A stretch of 64,000 nucleotides of DNA, from positions 1,105,416-1,169,415 of the forward strand of contig CBDHFN010000003.1 of assembly GCA_965262605.1 (NCBI GenBank), in the 5' to 3' direction. Origin of the DNA: Alphaproteobacteria bacterium (GTDB lineage: Bacteria; Pseudomonadota; Alphaproteobacteria; JASGCL01). This document shows positions 1-9,811 of this stretch, one piece after another. The notes under the pieces are model-generated. The model was not told where the DNA came from. It saw nothing but the letters and a program-made list of their open reading frames with translations, and did no database searches. Every line of letters begins with the position of its first letter. Within the stretch, counting starts at the first letter, position 1. Position numbers and translations under genes: made by a program.

Positions 1-245
1 AGCTCTAATTTATGCTGAGCATTAATTAAATTATTAAAATACTTTTGATTGGGTGTTGGCATAAAATTCTCCAAATAATTAAAGTAAATAATATATTTTT
101 AATAAATTTTGTCAAGGTTAAATGTATATTTACCCAAATTTATTTGCGATTTTTGCGCGCAATATGGTATTAAAATGGTAAATTAAGCGAAATTATTCAT
201 AAGACGGACGCGATGGCGATAAAGACGGCGACGGCAATTAAGCGG

Positions 246-1379
246 TTAAATGACCGATTTACTTAAAACTTCGCAATTATTTTCATGAACGATGCTTGAC
301 CTGCCAAGGCATACGGCAGTTTTACTATCGGAATCCATGATAATCATATGCAGGAAAAACACCATATTTTCGTGTAAAATGATGGGATTATCTTCATAAA
401 ACATTGGGTAATCCATCCAATTTGGTTGAAATAACGCCCCCATCGCATAACCGCACGCATTTAAGCGGTGTTTGGACAAGCCGTGCTTATCCATAACTTC
501 ACAATGTTTGGCAAAAACTTCGCCCATGGTTTTGCCTGATTGCAAGCTAGCCTCGCAGGCTAACAAAGCCTCTTTAGCAATGTTGTAATAGCGCGTAAAT
601 TGGTTTGAAGCCCTGCCAATCGGAAGTGTTCGCATCATCGCCGCATGATACATTCGGTAAGCACCCGCCCATTCCAAAGTTAACCCTGTGCCGTCTTGCA
701 ATTTATGGCGTCCTGATTTAGTGCGGCATAATAACGCGTAATCGCCCGAACCAATAATAAAGGGATTGCCTGAATAATCGCCGCCACCATTGAAAATCTC
801 GCCCTGCATCGCGGCAAGAATTGCGCCCTCGTCCTGTCCGACTACCGCCATTTTTTGCGCAATTTCAAGCGCATTATCGGCAAGTTCGGCGGCTTTTTTA
901 ATATAAATTAATTCCTGCGCTGATTTTACTAAGCGTAATTTTGAAATTATTAAACTGCCGTCTTTTAAATCAATAAAATTTGCGCATTCGGCTTCAAGCA
1001 ACTTGCAATTCTTACCAGTTAAACCATATGAATCATATTCAACGGCAAATTTTTTACCCTTTAAGCCTTTGTTTTTCATAATATTAACTAAATCTTGGGC
1101 GGGATTCGCGGTTGCGCTATCCTTCCAAATATGAATTTCTTTAATATCCGAAGTCAACTGGGCTTGCCGTAAGTCCGCTGACCTTGTCAGTAAAAAATAA
1201 TTGCCATCATTCATGAAGACTAGACATTGAAAAAAAACAAAGCCAAATGTATCATAACCCGTTAAATAATATGATGATTCTTGCTTAAAAATCAAAATGC
1301 CGTCAAAATTTTGCCGAATTAATTCGGCGCGTAATTTATCGCGTCTTGCTTGAAATTCTTCGGCAGAAAAATGCAACAT
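246..1379 (-). CDS. Xaa-Pro aminopeptidase / creatinase-prolidase family (M24) hydrolase
   Basis: 377-aa ORF; creatinase-like N-domain plus M24 pita-bread C-domain pattern in the translation. Confidence 0.7.
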   Translation of the reverse strand: MLHFSAEEFQARRDKLRAELIRQNFDGILIFKQESSYYLTGYDTFGFVFFQCLVFMNDGNYFLLTRSADLRQAQLTSDIKEIHIWKDSATANPAQDLVNIMKNKGLKGKKFAVEYDSYGLTGKNCKLLEAECANFIDLKDGSLIISKLRLVKSAQELIYIKKAAELADNALEIAQKMAVVGQDEGAILAAMQGEIFNGGGDYSGNPFIIGSGDYALLCRTKSGRHKLQDGTGLTLEWAGAYRMYHAAMMRTLPIGRASNQFTRYYNIAKEALLACEASLQSGKTMGEVFAKHCEVMDKHGLSKHRLNACGYAMGALFQPNWMDYPMFYEDNPIILHENMVFFLHMIIMDSDSKTAVCLGRSSIVHENNCEVLSKSVI

Positions 1380-1383
1380 TTCG

Positions 1384-2784
1384 TTACAATAATTCTTTGG
1401 CGGATTCGTCCAATGATTTAGCGAATCGTTTGAATAATTCGCGCAATTCCTTTTCTGAAATAATTAAGGGCGGACAAAAAGCCACCGAATCAAAGGGCAG
1501 GGGGCGCACAATTAAGCCATTTGCTTCGCATTTATTCGTCATTTTCATGCCTGCGTAATCCTTGGGGTCAAAGAAAATCTTTTTAGCCTTGTCTTTCACT
1601 AATTCAACCGCACCGATTAAGCCAGCCCCGCGGGCATTACCTACCAAGGGGTGCTTGCGAAATTGCTCTAAATTTTCTTGGACAATTTTCCCCATTTTCT
1701 TGACATGGTCAAAAATTTTGCGCTCTTCATATATATTCAAGGTTTCCAGCGCAACGGCTGCGGCAACTGGGTGCCCTGAATAAGTATAACCTGTGCCAAA
1801 AGTGCCTAAAATCCCAGCATTTTTTACAACGGCTGCGGCGATTTTTTCGTTAATCATCACGCCCGAAATGGGAATATAAGCCGAAGATAAAGCCTTTGCC
1901 ATTGTCATCATGTCGGGTTTAATGTTATAAAATTCTGACCCCCAATATTCGCCTGTGCGCCCAAAACCACAAATTACTTCATCAGCAATTAATAAAATAT
2001 CGTGTTTTTTCAAAATTGGTTGTAATTTTTTGAAATAATCAACGGGTGGCATGATGACTCCGCCCGCGCCCATAATGGGTTCGGCAATTAACGCGCCAAT
2101 TTTATCGGCACCAATTTTTTCAATAGTTTCATTTAATTCGGTGATTAGCCTGTCGGTAAATTGGCTTTCAGTTTCGCCATCTTTGCCATTGCGGTAATAA
2201 TGCGGGCAAGTCAAATGATGCACGGGAATTATTGGCAAATCAAAATCTTTATGGAGCGTGGGTAAACCCGTCAAAGACGCACCCGCCACAGTGACGCCAT
2301 GATAGCCATTATGGCGCGATAATATAATTTTCTTGTCCCGTTTACCAATGGCATTATGATAATAATAAACAATTTTTATCGCTGTATCAACGGCTTCGGA
2401 ACCTGAATTGGCAAAGAAAACTTTTTGCATCGGTGAATCTAAACCCTTTGGGGCATTTTCAATTAATTTGGTTGCTAAATCAATGGCGGGACCATGTGAT
2501 TTATGGGCAAATAAATGGCTATAAGGCAATTCGCGCATTTGTTTGACGGCGGCGTCTATCAATCGTTCCTCGCTATACCCAAGCGCGGTGCACCACAAAC
2601 CCGCCATGCCTTCAATATATTCTTTACCTTCATCGTCTTTGACCCAAACGCCTTGTCCGCTATTTATAATCAAGGGACCCTTAGTTTCATGCGCGGTTAA
2701 ATTTGTGTATGGATGCAAAACATGGGCAATATCATTATCGCGCCGTGAATTTTTGGTGGTTTGTTTCGTCATAATTACCCTCAA
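1384..2784 (-). CDS. class-III PLP-dependent aminotransferase (omega-amino acid / aspartate aminotransferase family)
   Basis: 466-aa ORF with class-III aminotransferase hallmarks (GxGSEAV...DEV..GFGRTG, PLP-lysine region MTMAKAL). Confidence 0.8.
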   Translation of the reverse strand: MRVIMTKQTTKNSRRDNDIAHVLHPYTNLTAHETKGPLIINSGQGVWVKDDEGKEYIEGMAGLWCTALGYSEERLIDAAVKQMRELPYSHLFAHKSHGPAIDLATKLIENAPKGLDSPMQKVFFANSGSEAVDTAIKIVYYYHNAIGKRDKKIILSRHNGYHGVTVAGASLTGLPTLHKDFDLPIIPVHHLTCPHYYRNGKDGETESQFTDRLITELNETIEKIGADKIGALIAEPIMGAGGVIMPPVDYFKKLQPILKKHDILLIADEVICGFGRTGEYWGSEFYNIKPDMMTMAKALSSAYIPISGVMINEKIAAAVVKNAGILGTFGTGYTYSGHPVAAAVALETLNIYEERKIFDHVKKMGKIVQENLEQFRKHPLVGNARGAGLIGAVELVKDKAKKIFFDPKDYAGMKMTNKCEANGLIVRPLPFDSVAFCPPLIISEKELRELFKRFAKSLDESAKELL

Positions 2785-2842
2785 TAATAAATTTGTTTAT
2801 CGTATATTATCAAAATTAATTCCATTAAGCAATATTTTTTAA

Positions 2843-2871
2843 TTGCAAGGTTAAAATTATTATGATAATAA
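2843..2871 (+). promoter_or_regulatory. sigma70-like promoter upstream of tRNA (TTGCAA-17-TAATAA with TG extension)
   Basis: -35 TTGCAA at 2843-2848, TG at 2863-2864, -10 TAATAA at 2866-2871, about 28 nt upstream of the tRNA 5' end. Confidence 0.35.
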
Positions 2872-2899
2872 CCAGCCCGTAAATCATTTTTTGATTTAT

Positions 2900-2975
2900 G
2901 GGGCAGTAGCTCAGGGGTTAGAGCGGTCCGCTCATAACGGATTGGTCGAGGGTTCAATTCCTTCCTGCCCCACCA
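2900..2975 (+). tRNA. tRNA-Met (anticodon CAU), elongator type, encoded CCA end
   Basis: 76-nt cloverleaf. 7-bp acceptor stem GGGGCAG/CTGCCCC; anticodon stem GTCCG/CGGAT with loop CTCATAA; T-arm GAGGG-TTCAATT-CCTTC; discriminator A plus CCA. G1-C72 is paired, so it is not an initiator tRNA; a lysidine tRNA-Ile2 cannot be excluded. Confidence 0.8.
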
Positions 2976-2996
2976 TTTATGGTGGCTTTATTTTTT
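2970..2996 (+). terminator. intrinsic terminator-like hairpin overlapping the tRNA 3' end
   Basis: CCACCA(2970-2975) TTTA TGGTGG(2980-2985) followed by CTTTATTTTTT. Confidence 0.45.
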
Positions 2997-3021
2997 GCTG
3001 GTGTTTACACTAATATTTATC

Positions 3022-3050
3022 TTGACAATTTATGGGTTTTTGTGTTTAAT
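3022..3050 (+). promoter_or_regulatory. sigma70-like promoter for dps
   Basis: TTGACA at 3022-3027, 17-bp spacer, TTTAAT at 3045-3050; strong SD AAGGAG before the ATG at 3085. Confidence 0.35.
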
Positions 3051-3084
3051 TAATTGATAATTAAAATAAAAAAAAGGAGTTATC

Positions 3085-3552
3085 ATGGTGAATTTAGGCA
3101 TTAATGATGCGCATCGCACGCAAATTGCCAATGGTTTAAGTAAATTATTAGCAGATACATATACTTTATATTTAACAACGCATAATTTTCATTGGAATGT
3201 CGTTGGACCAAAATTTAACGATTATCATAATATGTTTATGACGCAATATACGGAATTATGGAACGCGGTTGACCCGATTGCCGAACGAATTCGTTCTTTG
3301 GGTTTTAATGCGCCGGGTTCATATTGCGAATTTCAAAAATTATCTTCGTTGCCAGACGCGCCAGCAACCCCGCCTCAAGCCGATAAAATGGTGGCAATTC
3401 TTAAAAATGGGCATGAAGCCGTGGCACGCACAGCGCGGGCGGTTTTTGTGATGGCTGATGAAGCAAACGACCAGCCAACCGCTGATTTATTGACGCAACG
3501 GCTAAATATTCATGAAAAAACTGCATGGATGTTAAGGGCAATTTTATCATGA
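3085..3552 (+). CDS. dps: DNA-binding ferritin-like protein Dps
   Basis: 155-aa ORF with the Dps/ferritin-like four-helix signature (HWNVVGP.F...H..FDE); canonical RBS. Confidence 0.85.
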   Translation: MVNLGINDAHRTQIANGLSKLLADTYTLYLTTHNFHWNVVGPKFNDYHNMFMTQYTELWNAVDPIAERIRSLGFNAPGSYCEFQKLSSLPDAPATPPQADKMVAILKNGHEAVARTARAVFVMADEANDQPTADLLTQRLNIHEKTAWMLRAILS

Positions 3553-4136
3553 AAATAACCCACTTATTGCCGTTTATTTTGGCGTTAAGTTTTATTGTCG
3601 TGATTAGCAATTATTTAGTTGTTTTTCCCATTAATGATTATATTACATGGGGGACATTGACTTACCCGTTCGCATTTTTAATTTCCGATTTAACGGTGCG
3701 TAAATTGGGCGCAAACCAAGCCCGAATCAGCGCATCATTTGGTTTTGTCGTGGGATTTATTCTTTCGTATATTCTGGCGGATATTGCGATAGCGACCGCT
3801 TCGTGCTTGGCATTTATTATTGGGCAATTGCTGGATATTTCGGTATTTTCAAGATTGCGCAAAAGCCAATGGTGGCAAGCACCTTTGGCTTCGGGTTTTT
3901 TTGCCGCCGCGCTTGATACTATCTTATTTTATTCGCTCGCATTTTATTACTTGCCCCCTTTAATGACAAATTGGGGCTTGGTAATTGGCGATTATAGCGA
4001 TTTACCTTGGGTAAGTCTTGCATTTGGCGATTATGCCACAAAATTATTAATTATTATTATTGGGTTAATTCCATATGGTTATTTATTAACGATTCTGGCA
4101 ATAAAAAATCCGTCAACTTCGTCTGATAAAGTTTGA
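3549..4136 (+). CDS. queuosine-precursor transporter, YhhQ/VUT family membrane protein
   Basis: Multi-TM protein matching the COG1738 (YhhQ) pattern; ATG at 3549 overlaps the dps stop (ATGA). The ORF-track start at 3525 is probably too early. Confidence 0.6.
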   Translation: MKITHLLPFILALSFIVVISNYLVVFPINDYITWGTLTYPFAFLISDLTVRKLGANQARISASFGFVVGFILSYILADIAIATASCLAFIIGQLLDISVFSRLRKSQWWQAPLASGFFAAALDTILFYSLAFYYLPPLMTNWGLVIGDYSDLPWVSLAFGDYATKLLIIIIGLIPYGYLLTILAIKNPSTSSDKV

Positions 4137-5344
4137 TAAACACCTTTGAAACTTTGGCTATCTAAATTATTGGCGTGTATATGGGATTGCGCATAATTTT
4201 TTAGATTGGCGGGAATGAGTTTTTTATCAATATCATCAAGGCGAAAATCATTATTTGCGTCTAAAAATTGCAAAATAACATCAATAGATTCTTCGGGAAA
4301 TACCGAACATACCGAATAAATTATCTCGCCGCCCGGTTTAAGCATAGACTTAGCGTGATTTAGCAGCTTTAATTGGGTTTTTTGGTAATTGGCAAAGTCA
4401 AATATTTTGAATAAAATATCAGGATTTTTGCGCGCCGTGCCCGAAGCAGTGCAGGGCGCATCAACCAATACCGCGTCAAATTCCGCCGATTTCGGCAATT
4501 TAAAAGCGTCCATTATTTTTAATTGGGCTTTTAATTGGCATCGGCTTAAATTATCTTCAATCATTTTGGCGCGATAAGGGTTGATTTCCAATGCGACAAC
4601 TTCCGCCCCCAAGCTTGCCAATTGCATGGTTTTGCCACCCGGTGCGGCGCATAAATCTAAAATTCTTTTGTCTTTGGGGTTGGTGATAAACCTTGCGGGT
4701 AAGCTTGCGGCTATATCTTGCACCCAGCATTCGCCGCTTAAAAATTCAGAATTTTTGGTAATTTGCACGCCTTGGGGGATAACTTGATTCTTGCCATTTT
4801 TATATTGAAAATAATATGAAACTTCGCGCCGATGGGCGCGCATAATGATTTTCATAATATCTTCGGAATAATAATTTGCCATTTGTTGTTCCAAAGGCGT
4901 TTGGCGCGATTTAATTTTATCGCTTGGCGTTTGAATAATTTTTTGCATAATAGCATAAAAATTATTATGTTTTGAAATATCAAGTTTTTTAATAATTTCC
5001 ATATATTGCGACAAAACCGCGTGGCTTGGCGTTTTTAAAAAATGAAATTCAATGGCACCGCCAATTAGCGTTGCGGTTAAGAAAGATATTTTTTTATCAT
5101 CAAGCTTTTCTTTGCTAAGGCTTTCAATAAGTGGCATAACATCGGCATAATATTTCATGAAACTATGCACTAAACGGCGCAAATACGCCGATTCGCCCCC
5201 CTTGAATTGTTGATGATATTTATTTTCGGGTGATTCATCATGGTTGATAAAATTCACCAAAAGCGAAACTGCCTTTGCCCGAATCAATATGCTGGATTGA
5301 TGAAGTTTGCTCAAATTCTTAAAGGCATTACGACAAAAAGACAA
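4079..5344 (-). CDS. rsmB: 16S rRNA (cytosine967-C5)-methyltransferase RsmB/Sun
   Basis: NusB-like N-domain plus SAM-MTase core with DLCAAPGGKT and DAPCTASG...PDI motifs. Confidence 0.8.
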   Translation of the reverse strand: MSFCRNAFKNLSKLHQSSILIRAKAVSLLVNFINHDESPENKYHQQFKGGESAYLRRLVHSFMKYYADVMPLIESLSKEKLDDKKISFLTATLIGGAIEFHFLKTPSHAVLSQYMEIIKKLDISKHNNFYAIMQKIIQTPSDKIKSRQTPLEQQMANYYSEDIMKIIMRAHRREVSYYFQYKNGKNQVIPQGVQITKNSEFLSGECWVQDIAASLPARFITNPKDKRILDLCAAPGGKTMQLASLGAEVVALEINPYRAKMIEDNLSRCQLKAQLKIMDAFKLPKSAEFDAVLVDAPCTASGTARKNPDILFKIFDFANYQKTQLKLLNHAKSMLKPGGEIIYSVCSVFPEESIDVILQFLDANNDFRLDDIDKKLIPANLKNYAQSHIHANNLDSQSFKGVYQTLSDEVDGFFIARIVNK

Positions 5345-6438
5345 GAATCATCGCCCGCGTCATTGATGATGACAGGTGAAGAAACATCACTAAGCAATAA
5401 TTCCATTTTGCCCGATTCAATATGTTTGGTAATATCCAAAAGATATTTGAAATTAAAGCTTATCGTTAAGGGTTCGCTTTTATATTCCGCATAAATTTCT
5501 TCTTCTGCCATGCCATTATCCGATGAATTAACCGAAAAATGCAAGGCATTTTTACTGATTGAAATTTTTACAGCGCGCATTTTTTCCGAAGAAATAGTAG
5601 ACACCCTGTCAACCGCATCGCCAAATTCTTGACGACTTACTAATAATGATTTATCGTTATTTTTTGGAATCACGCGGGTATAATCTGGAAATTTACCATC
5701 AATTAATTTTGAAGTAAGGCGGGTATTACCGAATTCAAAGCGGATTTTTGTTTCGCTTACGCCAATTTCAATGGATTCTTCGGCATTCTCAATTAATTTT
5801 AATACTTCACCGACTGCTTTTTTCGGAATAATAATACCATTAAGATTTTCAGACCCTGCGGGTGCAGGCACTTGGCATTTTGCCAACCTGTGCCCATCAG
5901 TTGCCACGGCAATAAGATAATTTTGCCCATCAATCTCAGCAACATGGATGTAGATGCCGTTTAAATAATAACGGGTTTCTTCGTTTGAAATTGCAAATTG
6001 CGTGCGGTCAATTAATTTTTTTAAATCAGATTTATTGATGGTGAATTGCACGGGCATATCATCATCGTGAACTTGGGGAAATTCTTCCGCCGAAATTGTT
6101 TGCAATGAAAATTTACTTCTGTCCGATTGAATGTCTAATTTGCCATCAGATTCTTTAAGATTTAAGGCAATTTCAGCCCCTTCGGGTAATTTGCGCACAA
6201 TATCAGCTAACATATGGGCGGGCGCGGTAATATCGCCGTCTTGATTAATCATTGCGGGCACTTTGGCAATAATAGAAATATCCATATCGGTGCCTGCTAA
6301 AATCAACTGCGAATCCTTGCCACGCATGGCTTGAATTTTTACATTAGACAAGATTTGAATGGAATGTTTCCGTTCAATCACATTTTGCACTTGGCTTAAA
6401 GCGCGCTGTAAATCGCTTTTGTTAATTGTTAAACGCAT
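5311..6438 (-). CDS. dnaN: DNA polymerase III beta sliding clamp
   Basis: 375 aa with a three-domain beta-clamp pattern; N-terminus MRLTINKSDLQRAL. dnaA is not adjacent. Confidence 0.9.
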   Translation of the reverse strand: MRLTINKSDLQRALSQVQNVIERKHSIQILSNVKIQAMRGKDSQLILAGTDMDISIIAKVPAMINQDGDITAPAHMLADIVRKLPEGAEIALNLKESDGKLDIQSDRSKFSLQTISAEEFPQVHDDDMPVQFTINKSDLKKLIDRTQFAISNEETRYYLNGIYIHVAEIDGQNYLIAVATDGHRLAKCQVPAPAGSENLNGIIIPKKAVGEVLKLIENAEESIEIGVSETKIRFEFGNTRLTSKLIDGKFPDYTRVIPKNNDKSLLVSRQEFGDAVDRVSTISSEKMRAVKISISKNALHFSVNSSDNGMAEEEIYAEYKSEPLTISFNFKYLLDITKHIESGKMELLLSDVSSPVIINDAGDDSCLFVVMPLRI

Positions 6439-6555
6439 ATTTTACCTCATTTTTTTTAAATTATACAATAACAAACCACGATTCCTATCTAAAAAGCTAG
6501 TATTTTATTCATAAAAGGTAATTTTCTTGTGGATAAGTTTTTTTTCAAAAATCTC

Positions 6556-6583
6556 TTGACAAAAAAAACATATCTAATATAAT
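6556..6583 (+). promoter_or_regulatory. near-consensus sigma70 promoter (TTGACA-16-TATAAT), transcript probably leaderless
   Basis: TTGACA at 6556-6561 and TATAAT at 6578-6583. The ATG of the downstream gene is at 6590, only 7 nt after the -10. Confidence 0.55.
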
Positions 6584-6589
6584 TTAAGT

Positions 6590-7228
6590 ATGATTAAAAA
6601 ATTGATATTACCCATTGTTTTTTTAGGCTTGCTAAGTGCTTGTGGCACGAAAACAATTAATAAAAACATCACTGACCCGTCTTACACAACAAAATCAACG
6701 GCAACTGATGGGGCAACTTCGGTTGCGCTTGATTATCGTGATTTTGAATTTGCGGCGTCAAAGGCGATTGAATCGTTCTTAAAAAGCCCAGTTTCTACAA
6801 AACCAAATTCCAATCAGCCTTGGGTTATGGCGATAAGTCGCATAAAAAATGACACGACGATAAGTCTTGATACCGACCAATTAGTTAAAAAAATCCGAAT
6901 CGCCTTGCTTAACAGCGGTAAAGTTATAACGACTACGGCGGTTGGCGCGGGCGGTGCCGAAGACGAATTAAGCAAGCAAATTAGGGATTTACAAAAATCA
7001 CAATTATTTGACCAAACCACGGTTGCGAAAAATAATGGTTTAATTGCCCCTGATTTAAGCTTGTCTGGCAAGATTATTCAGCGCACGAATCTGGTTGGTT
7101 CTTCGCAACAAAATGATTATTACATTCAACTTAGCATAACTAACATTAATACGGGTTTGGCTTTTTGGGAATTTGAACAAATTATTTCAAAATTAACCTC
7201 CAAAAACAGCTTTACATGGAATCCATAA
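6590..7228 (+). CDS. LpoB-like (COG3417) outer-membrane lipoprotein
   Basis: Lipobox LLSAC at residues 14-18; C-domain pattern resembling the PBP-activator LpoB fold (D..A..S..L.....V.....ND....L..........R.AL.NSGK). Confidence 0.5.
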   Translation: MIKKLILPIVFLGLLSACGTKTINKNITDPSYTTKSTATDGATSVALDYRDFEFAASKAIESFLKSPVSTKPNSNQPWVMAISRIKNDTTISLDTDQLVKKIRIALLNSGKVITTTAVGAGGAEDELSKQIRDLQKSQLFDQTTVAKNNGLIAPDLSLSGKIIQRTNLVGSSQQNDYYIQLSITNINTGLAFWEFEQIISKLTSKNSFTWNP

Positions 7229-7231
7229 TTT

Positions 7232-8569
7232 ATGTTTAACAAATTATTTTGCGCATTTTTTATATTGATATTATGGTATATAACAAATCAATCTTTTGCC
7301 GCAGAATTAAAAAATAAAATCGTGATTGGTAAGGGCGAAACCCGACAACAAGCAATTTATAATGGTTTATTAAATGCTACCACGCAAATTTATGGCTTGT
7401 CAATTCAACAAATGGGCGAATTAACGCAAAAAAATACGCAAATTTTGTCGTTTGATGCGAATGGCAAGCCGAATATTCACGAAATGACGCAAAATTTAAA
7501 TTCCATTGGCACGATAATTAAATCGCAAACTGGTTTAGCCCCTTCGGCAAATTTAATTGCAAGCTGGAACATTAACGAAGAAAATAGCACTGACAAACAA
7601 GTTGAGTTAAGCGTAAGTTATTACGAATATTCCAAAGCTGACCCGCAAAATATTAAGAATCAAGGTAAAATCAGGCTGGTAATTGCGCCATTAAATACAA
7701 CAGATTCGCAAATTGAAACAGATATAAAATATAATTTTGCTGATTTTATTCACAAGCAATTAACCAATTATCTTATTAAATCCAACCGATTTACAATTTT
7801 GGAACGCAAAGACTTAGATTACGCGAATATTGAGCGAAATTTGATTCAAAGCAATATTGTTGCCAATCAATATCATCAAAACTATGCCCAAGTCATTGGC
7901 GCAAGCTGGATTTTCATTCCCAAAATTGATAAAATTATTTGGAAATCAAGTAAAAAAACTTCGGAAATAAGCGGGGAAGAAACAAAACGGGCGCAGGGAT
8001 TAATGCAATTTAGTTATACCATTATTGATTCGGCATCATATGAAATAATTAAAAGCGATACGATAAAATATGAAGTTCATGTTAAAAATAACCAAGTAAA
8101 CAACGATGATGAATTAATAAATACGACTGATTCGGTGGGTGTTCAAAAATTTATTGGCGAATCGGTGGCGGAATTTGCCAATGAAGTGATTGATGAAATT
8201 TACCCACCCTTAGTGATTAAGGTGAAAAATCAGGGTTTAGTGTTAAACCGCGGGCAAAAATTTACCCAAGTCAACGATGTTTGGGAATTATTCACGCCAT
8301 CTGAAGTGATTATTGACCCACAAACGAACCAAGAATTAGGCAGTGATTTAACCTCCATCGGCATTATGCAGATAAATAATATTTCGGCGAATTACGCTAA
8401 CGGCAAGCTTTTAAGCGGTGAATTGCCCAGCGAAATGCCGACTTATTTTATTGCCAAACGCAAAAAAATACAAGATGAAGATAAAATAAGTGATAATTCT
8501 AAAAATAAAGCAACTGGCACGGGATTGCCGTCATTTCTAACCCGTGATTATTTAAAGACAACGCCATGA
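7232..8569 (+). CDS. hypothetical secreted protein (signal peptide), co-operonic with the LpoB-like gene
   Basis: 445-aa ORF; N-terminal signal ...TNQSFA/AEL; 3-nt gap to the upstream gene and a 4-nt overlap with the downstream gene. Confidence 0.5.
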   Translation: MFNKLFCAFFILILWYITNQSFAAELKNKIVIGKGETRQQAIYNGLLNATTQIYGLSIQQMGELTQKNTQILSFDANGKPNIHEMTQNLNSIGTIIKSQTGLAPSANLIASWNINEENSTDKQVELSVSYYEYSKADPQNIKNQGKIRLVIAPLNTTDSQIETDIKYNFADFIHKQLTNYLIKSNRFTILERKDLDYANIERNLIQSNIVANQYHQNYAQVIGASWIFIPKIDKIIWKSSKKTSEISGEETKRAQGLMQFSYTIIDSASYEIIKSDTIKYEVHVKNNQVNNDDELINTTDSVGVQKFIGESVAEFANEVIDEIYPPLVIKVKNQGLVLNRGQKFTQVNDVWELFTPSEVIIDPQTNQELGSDLTSIGIMQINNISANYANGKLLSGELPSEMPTYFIAKRKKIQDEDKISDNSKNKATGTGLPSFLTRDYLKTTP

Positions 8570-9030
8570 AGCCAAGGATAAGTTTAGTTTTTCTTAGTTT
8601 ATTAGCGATTTTTAGTCAAGCATCGCCCGTTGCAGCGGACCCAAAAAATACAATTCAAGGCGCATTAAAAGGTAGTATTACCGGATTGGTTTTAGGAAAA
8701 ATTTTAGGAAATGGCGATAAAGCCGCCGCGGTGGGGGCGATTGGTGGTGCGCTGGCTGGTGCAGCTTTGGCAACGGGCACTAAGGATACGCCCACGCCAG
8801 CGAAATCAAGTAAGCAACCCGCGCAACCTGCGCAATATTCGGTTTTTGTGCAAAATGATTATACCGCGCCCGCACCTTTTGTTAAAATTGAAAATACCCC
8901 AATTGCGAATGGTAATTTATCGCCGATTAAGGCGCAACAAACCATACCTAAATTTACGAAATGCTTGCGCAATGAAAATAATGGTTATGATTGCCAAACG
9001 CAAAATGGCGATAAATATTTTTTAAAATAA
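8566..9030 (+). CDS. glycine-zipper (17 kDa-antigen-like) outer-membrane lipoprotein family protein
   Basis: Signal peptide, then GxxxGxxxG glycine zipper (GAIGGALAGAALATG), a PAQ-rich linker and a C-terminal Cys pair. Confidence 0.5.
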   Translation: MKPRISLVFLSLLAIFSQASPVAADPKNTIQGALKGSITGLVLGKILGNGDKAAAVGAIGGALAGAALATGTKDTPTPAKSSKQPAQPAQYSVFVQNDYTAPAPFVKIENTPIANGNLSPIKAQQTIPKFTKCLRNENNGYDCQTQNGDKYFLK

Positions 9031-9046
9031 AATTAAGATAATTTTG

Positions 9047-9811
9047 TCACTTAAAGCTTTGGACAAGCGAACCACAAATTAGCACCCAGCCATCAACCAT
9101 CACAAAAAATATTATCTTAAACGGCAAAGAAATGGCGGCGGGTGGTAATAATTGCATGCCCATGGACACTAAAATTGAGGCAATCGCCATATCTATCACT
9201 AAAAAAGGCACAAAAATCAAAAAACCAATTTCAAATGCTCGTTTTACTTCGGAAATCATGAAGGCGGGCAATAAAACCCGCAAAGGCACGGTATCTATGG
9301 TGGTGGCTTTGTCAATATTTGCCAAATTAAGAAAAAGCCCAATCTCTTTTTCGCCGACATTGCGCGACATAAACGCGTGCATGGGTTTAATGGCTCGTTC
9401 CAAGGCAACTTCTTCGGTGATTTTTTGGGCAATTAAAGGGATTACTGCATCATTGTAAATTTTGGTAAAAGTTGGCTCCATCACAAAAAAAGTTAAAAAT
9501 ACCGCCAAGGCAATAATTACCATATTGGGCGGCGCGGTTTGCGTGCCAATGGCTTGACGCAAAAATGAAAGCACAACGACAATGCGCGTAAAGCTTGTCA
9601 TCATCACTAAAATACTGGGCGCAATGGAAAGCACGGTTACCACGACAATTAATTGGAATAACCTTGCGGTTACTGAACCGCCGCCTTGCCCAAAATTAAG
9701 TGATAGGGTTTGCGCCATTATCGGTTCGGCAAATAATGCCAAAATAGCAATGGGTATTATCCAGAAAATCCGATATTTTTTAATCGTATCAATGGTGATT
9801 TTATTTCTCAT
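9047..9811 (-). CDS. fliP: flagellar type III export apparatus protein FliP
   Basis: 254 aa, a signal peptide followed by the conserved FliP TM core (…MGMQLLPP…). Confidence 0.9.
   Translation of the reverse strand: MRNKITIDTIKKYRIFWIIPIAILALFAEPIMAQTLSLNFGQGGGSVTARLFQLIVVVTVLSIAPSILVMMTSFTRIVVVLSFLRQAIGTQTAPPNMVIIALAVFLTFFVMEPTFTKIYNDAVIPLIAQKITEEVALERAIKPMHAFMSRNVGEKEIGLFLNLANIDKATTIDTVPLRVLLPAFMISEVKRAFEIGFLIFVPFLVIDMAIASILVSMGMQLLPPAAISLPFKIIFFVMVDGWVLICGSLVQSFK

Noticed and set aside
2900-2975. Possibility that the CAU tRNA is the initiator tRNA-fMet
   Set aside because: Positions 1-72 form a G-C pair and the anticodon stem lacks three consecutive G-C pairs; both argue against an initiator.
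8711-9025. 104-aa Arg-rich ORF in an alternative frame of the glycine-zipper gene
   Set aside because: Same-strand overlap within a signal-peptide gene with coherent features; composition is typical of a frame-shifted Ala/Gly-rich reading.
9132-9458. 108-aa plus-strand ORF
   Set aside because: Antisense to the conserved fliP core; no RBS.
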